Positions 13,301-26,800 of a stretch of DNA of 64,000 nucleotides are shown one piece after another. Origin of the DNA: Macrostomum lignano. Taxonomy: Eukaryota. The stretch's first letter is position 1; every line of letters starts with the position of its first letter. Location: positions 66,139 to 130,138 of the forward strand of contig NIVC01001658.1 of assembly GCA_002269645.1 (NCBI GenBank), read 5' to 3'. Below the pieces are notes generated by a model. It was not told the DNA's origin. It worked only from the letters and a program-made list of their open reading frames with translations, and did not search any database. A program made the translations under genes and the position numbers.

Positions 13301-16300
13301 CCTCATCTCCCATCCCTCATCTCCCATCCCTCATCTCCGATCCCTCATCTCCCATCCCTCATCTCCGATCCCTCATCTCCCATCCCTCATCTCCCCATCC
13401 CTCATCTCCCATCCCTCATCTCCCATCCCTCATCTCCCATCCCTCATCTCCCATCCCTCATCTCCCATCCCTCATCTCCCATCCCTCATCTCTCCATCCC
13501 TCATCTCCCATCCCTCATCTCCCATCCCTCATCTCTCATCCCTTATTTCTCATTCCTCAAATTGTTGAAATATATACACGAAATGTTAGCACCACACGTA
13601 TGATTATCAGTTTAAATGTAAAGGGCGGGTTTATTTAAAAATTTACATTAAAGCATCAGGGCAAATAGAAAGGCCTTAAGGCTGCATTTAAACTGGCCCG
13701 CTAGACGGCAAGGGAGAGTTTTGCTGAATATCGATTTTGCATAATGTCGCTGTTCGGCTAGAAAAAATCGAAAAAAATAGATAGGTTATTTCCTGAAATT
13801 CCTTCCTTCAGCAAAATGCCGGCAGAGATGGCCGCAGTGTAGACTTTTCCTCCGAATTCCAAATTAATTCGTTTTCCGCTTTATCCTCTGTTTACAGCAG
13901 ATTTTGATAAGCTTGAAATGACTCTAATGCATACAGTGTTTAAATGGCGGAGTTATCTGTTAGTTAAATAAAAGTACATCTGTCTGGTGGAATTCGGAGT
14001 TTAAAATAATAATGATATAATGTAATAAAGTACAATGGTAAGCATCGTTAAATCTGCGCAATAACTGAGACAGGGGCGCCAAATTTAAGATCGAGGCGCC
14101 AATTTAAGATCGAGGCGCCAAATTTAAGATCAAGGCGCCAAATTTAAGATCGAGGCGCCAAATTTAAGATCGAGACGCCAAATTTAGGATTGAGGCGCCA
14201 AATTTAGGATCGAGGCGCCAAATTAAAGATCGAGGCGCCAAATTTAAGATCAAGGCGCCAAATTTAAGATCAAAGCGCCAAATTTGAGATCAAGGCGCTA
14301 AACTTGAGATTGAGGCGCTAAATTGAAGATTATGGCGCCAAATTTGAGGGTAAGGCGCCATGCCGCCAAATTTGAGGTTGAGACGCCAAATTTGAGGTTG
14401 AGACGCCAAATTTGAGGTTGAGACGCCAAATTTGAGGTTGAGACGCCAAATTTGAGGTTGAGACGCCAAATTTGAGATCGAGGCGCCAAATTTGAAATCG
14501 AGGCGCCAAACTTGAGATCAAGGTGCAAAAATTGTGATTGAGGCGCCAACTTCGAGTTTAAGGCGCTAAATTTGAGGTTGAGGCGCCAAATTGTAGATTG
14601 AGGCGCTAAATTTTAAATCAAGGCGCCAAATTTAAGATTAAGGCGCCAAATTTAAGATCAAGGCGCCAAATTTAAGATTGAGGCGCTAACTTTAAAATAG
14701 GGGTGCCCGATCTAAATTATAAAATAAGGCGCCAACTCGGTAAGAACAACTTTAGGTGATTACAGATTGCCACCCTAAACCCGCTCTTTCTACTCGCTCA
14801 AGGTTGTGGTCTCCGAGGTGAAGAATTTGAAATGCGTGCCCGGCAACCGCATCGTCTACTGCACTATGGAGGTGGAGGGCGGCGAGAAACTGCAAACTGA
14901 TCAAGCTGAGGCCTCCAGACCCATGTGGGACACGCAGGGCGATTTTTCAACATCGCATCCGTTGCCAATTGTTAAAGTGAAACTGTTCGCCGAGAATGCC
15001 AGAATGTTGAGCTTTGAGGATCGCGAATTGGGCAAGGTGAGGAGGTTTAAGGCGCAGTATTACGGATTTTTGAGAGGATGAACGAAATGTAAAGGATTAG
15101 AGGGATGTACTTTAAAGTATGTTTGGTAGGAATAATTTGATATACTGTCAAAGAGATTCTAAGAGGTTTCTAAGAGGATCACTCTCAAACAGATAAAAGT
15201 TATTCTCAAAAAAGTGGTTAAGGATTTTCTCAGGGATTATTGATCTTCTCAGAGGGATAACATACTCGTATTTTTCGAATGGATTAAAAGTGTTCTCAAC
15301 GGTGTTAAGGATGTTCTTAGTAAGATAAAGGGTGTTTTCGACGGGATTAATGGTGTTCTTAAAGTGTCAAGGATGTTCTGAACGGGATTAAGGATGTTTT
15401 TAAAGGAATTAAGAGTGTTCTCAACGGGATTAAAGGTGTTCTCAAAGGGATTAAAGGTGTTCTCAAAGGAATTAAGGGTGTTCTCAACGCGATTAAAGGT
15501 GTTCTCAACGCGATTAAAGGTGTTCTCAAAGGAATTAAGGGTGTTCTCAACGGGATTAAAGGTGTTCTCAACGCGATTAAAGGTGTTCTCAAAGGAATTA
15601 AGGGTGTTCTCAACGCGATTAAAGGTGTTCTCAACGCGATTAAAGGTGTTCTCAACGCGATTAAAGGTGTTCTCAAAGGAATTAAGGGTGTTCTCAACGG
15701 GATTAAAGGTGTTCTCAACGCGATTAAAGGTGTTCTCAAAGGAATTAAGGGTGTTCTCAACGCGATTAAAGGTGTTCTCAACGCGATTAAAGGTGTTCTC
15801 AAAGGAATTAAGGGTGTTCTCAACGGGATTAAAGGTGTTCTCAATGGGATTAAAGGTGTTCTCAATGGGATAAAAGGTGTTCTCAACGGGATTAAAGGTG
15901 TTCTCAAAGGAATTAATGGTACTTTAAAAGTATTAGGTGGTTGTGGAATAAAATGTTTATGGAATTTTAAATGGAATAAAGTGTTTTATAGGAGATTACA
16001 TGCGTTTTAGAAGCATTGACAGATGCTACATTGTAATTAGAATGTACTTATAACTTGCATCAATGATTAAGCGCGGCCTGATAAATGAATCGCGGCCACT
16101 TGTTTATCTGACTCTCCCCCGCCGCAGGTGCTGATCAGGCCCACCTGCACCACGGCAAAGGGTCCCGAGTGGTACCGCATGACCACCAGCAAAGGCTGCC
16201 CGGATGATTTGCGCATCAAAATTGTTGTTCGAATGGAGAAGCCATCAAATTTGAAGCACTGCGGCTGGCTGTGGGCCGTGGGAAAATCTGTGTTTAAGAA

Positions 16301-19300
16301 GTGGAAAAAGCGCTACATGTGTCTCATTCAGGTAATGCGCTTGCCTTGGTAATGTATTGGTGTCTCAATTATAGTACACGTAAAATGGTTGTTGAGCTGT
16401 GGATATTGTGGTGCGTGTAACATTATATAACCATTACGGTATACAATGATCTATCATTGTTTCTGATTTGTACTGTGTACAGTGCTTTTATCTGTGTATT
16501 TACCTTTGATATTGTGCGTGTATGGTGTACAGTACTTTAATGTGTTAACTAACTTTTGAAATATGAAATAATTACAGTAGTTACATAGAAAAGATTGTAA
16601 TGTAAACTGTACAATATACTGTAAACTGTACACTATAATGTAAACTGTACACTATAATGTAAACTGTACACTATAATGTAAACTGTACACTATAATGTAA
16701 ACTGTACACTATAATGTAAACTGTACACTATAATTTCAACTGTACACTATAATGTAAACTGTACACTATAATGTAAACTGTACACTATAATGTCAACTGT
16801 ACACTATAATGTAAACTGTACACTATAATGTAAACTGTACACTATAATGTAAACTGTATGCAAAGTGTTACTAATTTATAATGCATATATAATGTGCTAG
16901 TTAAACAATTACTACTGAGCAGCTAAATTTCAACAAACTCATTTGTTTATCTTCACCCAAAGGAGATGAAAAAAACAGTTTCTTAGCAAACTTAACTGGT
17001 AAGATTCCATATCTATAATTATCTTCATTGACTTTTAATTAATGGTTTAACATGTTTCCTTTGTATTATTGATAAACTAGATGAATGAATGCTTTTTGTT
17101 AAACTTTTTTCATTGCACTTCGAGCGGAACGTTGACTTTGGTAGATTTAACACAACTTTTGAATATGAGAAATCATTTATAATTGCAAATAGCCCGTAAA
17201 CTGATTGCGTATAGGACAATCTGAACTTTAATTATTAATTTTTATAAAATTTGATATCAAAACTGCAGCATGCACTACTGTTCTATGATTGAAGATCATT
17301 TTTGCACGTGTAGCCACTATTAATAAATGAATCTTTCTCTCACATTGCAACAAATTTTTTAATTAGTAAAACTTTTTCATTAGTTTGCATTGCATCATTC
17401 TGAAAATGGTAATTTAAAATTGCTCTTGTACATGCTAAATTCTATTTGTAAACTTAGACAACTTATTATTTTATACAATTTTTTGCCAACAATTTTGTTC
17501 GGTCTTTAGTAGCATTTATTAATTGATTCCTTTAATTTTTAATAGATAGAAGAGCTGGAAGAAAATATTCGATTTTTGTTACTATTATGCGCTATAAGTA
17601 GTATGGCTAGAATCTTACGCTGATATTTAAAATAAGTGAAACTAGAGGTTTCGTATCGTGTTTGTCAACTGAGCGCCGAAATTTTAACATCTTTCTTAGA
17701 AAGGGCGATTTTTGGCTCCAAAATAGCATACTTTCAGGTTAGCGCCAAAACTGTATAGCGTCAGGCTGGCGCCAAAACTGTATGGCGTCAAGTTGGCGCT
17801 AAAACAGCATAACTTCAGATTAGCGCCAAAACATTGTACTCGTAGCGTCAGGCTAACGCCAAAACAGCATAGCGTCAGGCTGGCGCCAAAACATTTTAGC
17901 GTCAGGTTGGCGCCAAAACATTTTAGCATCAGGCTGGCGCCGAAAAGGTGTAGCGTCAGGTTGGCGCCAAAATGTTATAGAGTCAGGTAGGCGCCAAAAC
18001 AGTATACATGTAGTGTCAGGTTGGCGCCAAACAGTAGTATACATGTAGTGTCAGACTGGCGCCAAAACTTACTAGTCAGATTGGCGCCAAAACTTACTAG
18101 TCAGATTGGCGCCAAAACTTACTAGTCAGATTGGCGCCAAAACTTACTAGTCAGATTGGCGCCAAAACTTACTAGTCAGATTGGCGCCAAAACTTACTAG
18201 TCAGATTGGCGCCAAAACTTACTAGTCAGATTGGCGCCAAAACTTACTAGTCAGATTGGCGCCAAAACTTACTAGTCAGATTGGCGCCAAAACTTACTAG
18301 TCAGATTGGCGCCAAAGTTATAGTATCAGATTAGCGCTAAAATAGTGTAGTTTTTTATTATTCTGCACCAAAAGCAGAATTTCAATGCCCGACTGTCTTT
18401 AACTCGCCAGTTCGAATTTCTCAACCCCTCTGCAGGTCAGTCAGTACAATTTCGTCATGGCATCGTTTCGAGAGAAGAAATCCGAACCCATGGAGGTGAC
18501 CAGCCTCGGCGACTACACCGTTGACTACCTGATCGAGACTCCACCTGAGCTGCTGGCCGAAGCTGCCAGCGGTAAATTCTGCTTCTTCAACACCGTACGA
18601 GAGGGAGATTGCGTCACCTACGCTAGCGAAGACGACACGGACAGGCAGTTGTGGGTGCAAGCAATCTACAGAGCTACTGGCCAGACTCACAAGCCTGTAG
18701 CTCCATCGCAACCGGCTGCTCAGAGGATCTCCAGCACCCAGATGCACAAGATGGCTGGCGAAGCTGATAAGGCGAAGCGAGCCGGTCTGGAGGAGTTCCT
18801 GCACGCTGATCCATGCCAGTGCGATCATGTGGCGCTGTTCCGCAGGCTGCAGGTTCTCACGTTAGACTATCGATTGAACGATCCTTACACTAGTCTTGGT
18901 TGGTTTAGTCCCGGTCAAGTCTTTGTCCTAGACGAGTACTGCGCCAGGTACGGAGTTCGAGGCTGCCAGCGTCACGTGTTCTACATGGAAGATTTGTTAA
19001 ACGCCGCCGATAAAGGATTTATGATTGATCCGACTTTGATTCATTATAGCTTCGCGTTCTGCGCCTCCCACGTGCATGGCAATCGGTTAGTTATGTATAT
19101 ATTATGCTTGCTAACTACTGTCAGTAGCTGTCTAGGGCGGCAATTCGGCCAAGTTTACATCTGTGGCGCCAAACTCACCTCTGTGGCGCCCAAGTTCTCC
19201 TCTTTAGCGCCAAACTCACCTCTGTGGCGCCAAATTTACATCTGTGGCGCCAAACTCACCTCTGTGGCGCCAAACTCGCCTCTGTGGCACCAACTTCTCT

Positions 19301-20053
19301 TTAGCGCTAAACTCACCTCTGTGGCGCCAAATTTACATCTGTGGCGCCAAACTCACCTCTGTGGCGCCAAATTTGCCTCTCTGTCGCCGAATTTATCTTT
19401 GTGGCGCTAAATTTACCTCTTTGGCGCCGAATTAAACTCTGTAGTGCCAAGTTCTCCTCTCTGCCAAGTTCTTCTCTGTGGCGCCAAAAACACTTATGCG
19501 GCGCTAAATAAACCTGAGGGACACTAAACTCACCTAAGGGCGCCAAAGTCACCCGAGAGGCGCCAAATTATCTGAAGTTCTCTAATGAAACGGCAAAAAG
19601 CAGACTGATAAAACAAATCCAATTTCAAATTTTAGCCCGGACGGCATTGGCACGGTCCTCTACGACGAACGAGTTCGATTCGAAGATGTCAAACGACGCC
19701 TAAAAGAGTTGTTGATGCGACAAATCACCGAATTCCGATATTATTTTCCTTTCGGCCGACCGGAGGGCGCGCTCAAAGGGACTTTGTCGCTGTTGGAAAG
19801 GGTGATTAACTGGGCTTGTTTTTTTATATAGCAAGTCTGCCGATATGTATCGAAAAATATCTTTATCAATGTACATTTTTTAAAAACTAATACTAATACA
19901 AACAGGTGCTGATGAAGGACATTGTTACTCCGGTGGACGCCGACGAAGTGCGGAAAGTTGTGCGCAGCTGTCTTGAAGAGGCGGCCAGATTGAATTACAG
20001 CAGGATTGCCGACTTCTCCAATATTGAAGGTCTGTCTGTCTGTCTATCTGTCC

Positions 20054-20094
<41 letters not shown>

Positions 20095-20142
20095 CCTGTG
20101 TGTGTGTGTGTCTGTCTGTCTGTCTTTCTGTCTGTCTGTCTA

Positions 20143-20201
<59 letters not shown>

Positions 20202-20202
20202 T

Positions 20203-20243
<41 letters not shown>

Positions 20244-20295
20244 CTGTGTGTGTGTGTCTGTCTGTCTGTCTTTCTGTCTGTCTGTCTATCTGTCC

Positions 20296-20350
<55 letters not shown>

Positions 20351-20438
20351 CGTATGTCTGTGTGTGTCTGTCTGTGTGTGTCTGTCTGTCTGTGTGTGTG
20401 TGTGTGTCTGTCTGTCTTTCTGTCTGTCTGTCTGTCTA

Positions 20439-20479
<41 letters not shown>

Positions 20480-20526
20480 GTCGGTCTGTCTGTCTGTCTG
20501 TTTGTCTATCCGTCTGTCTGTGTGTT

Positions 20527-20595
<69 letters not shown>

Positions 20596-20652
20596 CTGTG
20601 TGTGTCTGTCTGTCTGTGTGTGTGCGTGTCTGTCTTTCTGTCTGTCTGTCTA

Positions 20653-20705
<53 letters not shown>

Positions 20706-20709
20706 GTCG

Positions 20710-20751
<42 letters not shown>

Positions 20752-20754
20752 TTA

Positions 20755-20795
<41 letters not shown>

Positions 20796-20796
20796 A

Positions 20797-20831
<35 letters not shown>

Positions 20832-20832
20832 A

Positions 20833-20877
<45 letters not shown>

Positions 20878-23800
20878 GTCTGTCTGTCTGTCTGTCTTAG
20901 TGTCTGTCCATCTGTCTTAGTTGTTCTGACAGTATTAACAACCATAGCCGCCATCTAATTGCCTCCAAACCAATCCAGTATTGACCACCCAATTGTCGAG
21001 CCGGTCGCCCAGCATAAGGAGTGTTTATAACCCAAGTTAGTTGGTTCCAAATTCTCTCCGTTTATTGACTGTATTGACCACTATCAATATTCCATGGGGG
21101 AGATTCTTTGTTTACCTTGGTGTGGAAGGTTCTGGTTTTACTTTTAAATGTCCGTCATTAGTATCTCTTCTGTTTTAACATTTCACGCAAAATCTTTTTC
21201 ACCTGTCGCAGAAATTGTCCAATCTGATGTTCCTACGGAGAAGAAGCTGGAGAGCATTGTACACCTAGCCGAGATGTGCATTGAAGTTTTGCAACAGAAC
21301 GAGGAACATCATTCCGAGGTAATGTGGTGCTTTATTTACAAAACGAATTTTATTGACAAGAGAAACAATGAACTTTTGTGCAAAGAAGCTCACCCTCTAA
21401 ATATAATTTGTCCTTTAATTTTTTCTCTCAAATTTTAGGAGTGCAGAGAGGTAAACGCGAAATCCTCCACAAAATCTTTAATATTTCTTTTCTATTTTTT
21501 CTCTATTTTTGGATTATAGTGTGATATACATACTACTATATTACTACTGTTAATAATGTAAGACATGGTTATTAGTCTATGGCCTTAACTGCATGCAATG
21601 TTTTGGTCAGTTATATGTCCATGGGGTCATTTCTAAACTGGTATTAAGACTCGCTGTTCATTATTGTCTATGGCACATAATAGGGAATGCACGCTAGGCA
21701 CGCTGGAAGTGTAAGTTGTCAAAATCAAAGTGTTAATTAATACCTAAATTGTCTATGGCAATCAAGAAGGCTCTTTCCCGTTTGCCATTCCCATATCTAG
21801 TTCGAGCCAACCGACAGACAGTAGTCTATGGTCTGAAACTAACCAATCACAAGACAGAATGGCCATAGACACTTTAACTGCTTCACATGTTACAGCCAAG
21901 GACAACTCAAGTGAAAGGACGGGAGACTAGCAACGTTTCTTACAGAAAGTTAAGGAGGCTGCTTTTCGCCGAAAAATACACTATGGCGATAGGAACTTCT
22001 CACGTTTTTCATAATAAAATTGTTATTGCTTTTGATGGGAGGAAGACCCTATGTTCATCTTTTGATATGTTGTGCCTTTCTTATGGCTCTATTGATATTT
22101 ATAGGGAAAAACATATGATGAGCATAAGATCTGCCTTCTATCAAAAGCAATAACAATTTTAATATGAAAAAAACGTGAAAAGTTGTCCTTAATTACAACA
22201 TTGAGCCCGGAATTCGCTTGCCCAACTTTCTCAAACTGTGTGCTCTCACGGACCCATTTTGTGTCATTAGACAATTTACGAAAATCCTCAACGGATTGAT
22301 TCTCAATTGCTCATTTGGCATGGAGAATACTATATTAAAGGATTAACGCAAATGTTTGTTACAAAGCATTTTAAAATCCTCAGATTTGTAGACCAATACT
22401 AAAGATAAAGATTATAATTTACGCGGAAAAATAGTTAACACAAGTTAAAAAGTATTAGTAAACATAAGATACTTTCTGCGCAGTGCTTTCACTCTATGTA
22501 TATACTACTCACTTCAATCGCGCAAAAGTAGTCTACAATCTGTATATAACTTTTTGAGAGAAAACGTTTAATTATGAGTGCAAATTTTTATACACTATTT
22601 ACTAGTAGTTTCTGGGCACTTCATTGCGCTATTTTTTCTAATTATTTCATATATGCAAACACTACTTCCTTGCAAGTCGATAGAAATGTCAATCAAGCTG
22701 ATAGAAATGTCAATCAAGTTGATCAAAATGTCAATCAAGTTGATAAAAATTTCAATCAAGCTGATAAAATGTCAATCAAACTAATAAAATGTCAATCAAG
22801 TTGATAAAAATGTCAACCAAGCTGATAAAAATGTCAATCAAGCTGATAAAAATGTCAATCAAGTTGATAAAATGTCAATCAAGTTGATAAAATGTCAATC
22901 AAGTTGATAAAATGTCAATCAAGTTGATAAAATGTCAATCAAGTTGATAAAAATATCAATCAAACTAATAAAATGTCAATCAAGTTGATAAAATGTCAAT
23001 CAAGTTGATAAAAATGTCAATCAAGTTGATAAAATGTCAATCAAGTTGATAAAATGTCAATCAAGTTGATAAAAATATCAATCAAACTAATAAAATGTCA
23101 ATCAAGTTGATAAAAATGTCAATCAAGTTGATAAAAATATCAATCAAGTTGATAAAATGTCAATCAAGTTGATAAAATGTCAATCAAGTTGATAAAAATG
23201 TCAATCAAGTTGATAAAATGTCAATCAAGTTGATAAAAATATCAATCAAACTAATAAAATGTCAATCAAGTTGATAAAAATGTCAATCAAGTTGATAAAA
23301 ATATCAATCAAGTTGATAAAATGTCAATCAAGTTGATAAAATGTCAATCAAGTTGATAAAAATGTCAATCAAGTTGATAAAATGTCAATCAAGTTGATAA
23401 AATGTCAATCAAGTTGATAAAAATATCAATCAAACTAATAAAATGTCAATCAAACTAATAAAAATTTCAATCAAGCTGATAAAATGTCAATCAATCTGAT
23501 AAAAATGTCAATCAAACTAATAAAATGTCAATCAAGTTGATAAAAATGTCAATCAAGTTGATAAAAATATCAATCAAACTAATAAAATGTCAATCAAACT
23601 AATAAAAATGTCAATCAAGCTGATAAAAATGTCAATCAAGCTGATAAAAATGTCAATCAAGCTGATAAAAATGTCAATCAAGTTGATAAAATGTCAATCA
23701 AGTTGATAAAATGTCAATCAAGTTGATAAAAATATCAATCAAGTTGATAAAATGTCAATCAAGTTGATAAAATGTCAATCAAGTTGATAAAACTGTCAAT

Positions 23801-26800
23801 CAAGTTGATAAAATGTCAATCAAGTTGATAAAATGTCAATCAAGTTGATAAAAATGTTAATCAAGTTAATAAAAATGTCAATCAAGTTGATAAAAATATC
23901 AATCAAACTAATAAAATGTCAATCAAACTAATAAAAATGTCAATCAAGCTGATAAAAATGTCAATCAAGCTGATAAAAATGTCAATCAAGTTGATAAAAT
24001 GTCAATCAAGTTGATAAAACTGTCAATCAAGTTGATAAAATGTCAATCAAGTTGATAAAATGTCAATCAAGTTGATAAAAATGTTAATCAAGTTAATAAA
24101 AATGTCAATCAAGTTGATAAAAATATCAATCAAACTAATAAAATGTCAATCAAACTAATAAAAATGTCAATCAAGCTGATAAAAATGTCAATCAAGCTGA
24201 TAAAAATGTCAATCAAGCTGATAAAAATGTCAATCAAGTTAATAAAATGTCAATCAAGTTGATAAAATGTCAATCAAGTTGATAAAATGTCAATCAAGTT
24301 GATAAAATGTCAATCAAGCTGATAAAAATATCAATCAAACTAATAAAATGTCAATCAAACTAATAAAAATGTCAATCAAGTTGATAAAATGTCAATCAAG
24401 TTGATAAAAATGTCAATCAAGTTGATAAAAATGTCAATCAAGCTGATAAAAATGTCAATCAAGCTGATAAAAATGTCAATCAAGTTGATAAAATGTCAAT
24501 CAAGTTGATAAAATGTCAATCAAGTTGATAAAAATATCAATCAAACTAATAAAATGTCAATCAAACTAATAAAAATTTCAATCAAGCTGATAAAATGTCA
24601 ATCAATCTGATAAAAATGTCAATCAAACTAATAAAATGTCAATCAAGTTGATAAAAATGTCAATCAAGTTGATAAAAATATCAATCAAACTAATAAAATG
24701 TCAATCAAACTAATAAAAATGTCAATCAAGCTGATAAAAATGTCAATCAAGCTGATAAAAATGTCAATCAAGCTGATAAAATGTCAATCAAGTTGATAAA
24801 AATGTCAATCAAGTTGATAAAATGTCAATCAAGTTGATAAAATGTCAATCAAGTTGATAAAATGTCAATCAAGCTGATAAAAATGTCAATCAAGCTGATA
24901 AAAATGTCAATCAAGCTGATAAAAATGTCAATCAAGTTGATAAAATGTCAATCAAGTTGATAAAATGTCAATCAAGTTGATAAAAATATCAATCAAGTTG
25001 ATAAAATGTCAATCAAGTTGATAAAATGTCAATCAAGTTGATAAAAATGTCAATCAAGTTGATAAAATGTCAATCAAGTTGATAAAATGTCAATCAATCT
25101 GATAAAAATGTCAATCAAACTAATAAAATGTCAATCAAGTTGATAAAAATGTCAATCAAGTTGATAAAAATATCAATCAAACTAATAAAATGTCAATCAA
25201 ACTAATAAAAATTTCAATCAAGCTGATAAAATGTCAATCAATCTGATAAAAATGTCAATAAAACTAATAAAATGTCAATCAAGTTGATAAAAATGTCAAT
25301 CAAGTTGATAAAAATATCAATCAAACTAATAAAATGTCAATCAAACTAATAAAAATATCAATCAAGCTGATAAAATTGTCAATCAAGCTGATAAAAATGT
25401 CAATCAAGCTGATAAAAATGTCAATCAAGTTGATAAAATGTCAATCAAGTTGATAAAATGTCAATCAAGTTGATAAAAATATCAATCAAGTTGATAAAAT
25501 GTCAATCAAGTTGATAAAATGTCAATCAAGTTGATAAAAATGTCAATTAAGTTGATAAAATGTCAATCAAGTTGATAAAATGTCTATCAAGTTGATAAAA
25601 ATGTTAATCAAGTTAATAAAAATGTCAATCAAGTTGATAAAAATATCAATCAAACTAATAAAATGTCAATCAAACTAATAAAAATGTCAATCAAGCTGAT
25701 AAAAATGTCAATCAAGCTGATAAAAATGTCAATCAAGCTGATAAAAATGTCAATCAAGTTGATAAAATGTCAATCAAGTTGATAAAAATGTCAATCAAGT
25801 TAATAAAAATGTCAATCAAGTTGATAAAAATATCAATCAAACTAATAAAATGTCAATCAAACTAATAAAAATGTCAATCAAGCTGATAAAATGTCAATCA
25901 AGCTGATAAAAATGTCAATCAAACTAATAAAATGTCAATCAAGTTGATAAAAATGTCAATCAAGTTGATAAAAATATCAATCAAACTAATAAAATGTCAA
26001 TCAAACTAATAAAAATGTCAATCAAGTGGATAAAAATGTCAATCAAGTTGATAAATATATCAATCAAACTAAAAAAATTTCAATCAAACTAATAAAAATG
26101 TCAATCAAGCTGATAAAAATGTCAATCAAGCTGATAAAAATGTCAATCAAGCTGATAAAAATGTCAATCAAGTTAATAAAATGTCAATCAAGTTGATAAA
26201 ATGTCAATCAAGTTGATAAAATGTCAATCAAGTTGATAAAATGTCAATCAAGTTGATAAAATGTCAATCAAGTTGATAAAAATATCAATCAAACTAATAA
26301 AATGTCAATCAAACTAATAAAAATGTCAATCAAGTTGATAAAATGTCAATCAAGTTGATAAAAATGTCAATCAAGTTGATAAAAATATCAATCAAGTTGA
26401 TAAAATGTCAATCAAGTTGATAAAATGTCAATCAAGTTGATAAAATGTCAATCAAGTTGATAAAAATGTCAATCAAGTTGATAAAAATATCAATCAAGTT
26501 GATAAAATGTCAATCAAGTTGATAAAATGTCAATCAAGTTGATAAAAATGTCAATCAAGTTGATAAAATGTCAATCAAGTTGATAAAATGTCAATCAAGT
26601 TGATAAAAATGTTAATCAAGTTGATATAAATATCAATCAAACTAATAAAATGTCAATCAAGTTGATAAAATGTCAATCAAGTTGATAAAAATGTCAATCA
26701 AGTTGATAAAATGTCAATCAAGTTGATAAAATGTCAATCAAGTTGATAAAAATATCAATCAAACTAATAAAATGTCAATCAAACTAATAAAAATTTCAAT

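Noticed and set aside
11907-13603. 496-553 aa Pro/Ser/His-rich ORFs
   Set aside because: They come from the G-poor CATCTCCCATCCCT repeat inside CAPS intron 3; no splice or homology support.
20006-20958. SVCL / TDRQ long ORFs and the 350-aa extension of exon 8
   Set aside because: These read through (GTCT)n; the CAPS sequence resumes in phase at 21212.
21896-21910. Second microexon candidate ttacag|CCAAGGACAACTCAA|gtgaaa (PRTTQ) with upstream TGC
   Set aside because: The donor is weak and the sequence is the terminus of the MITE-like family also found at 54958-55620.
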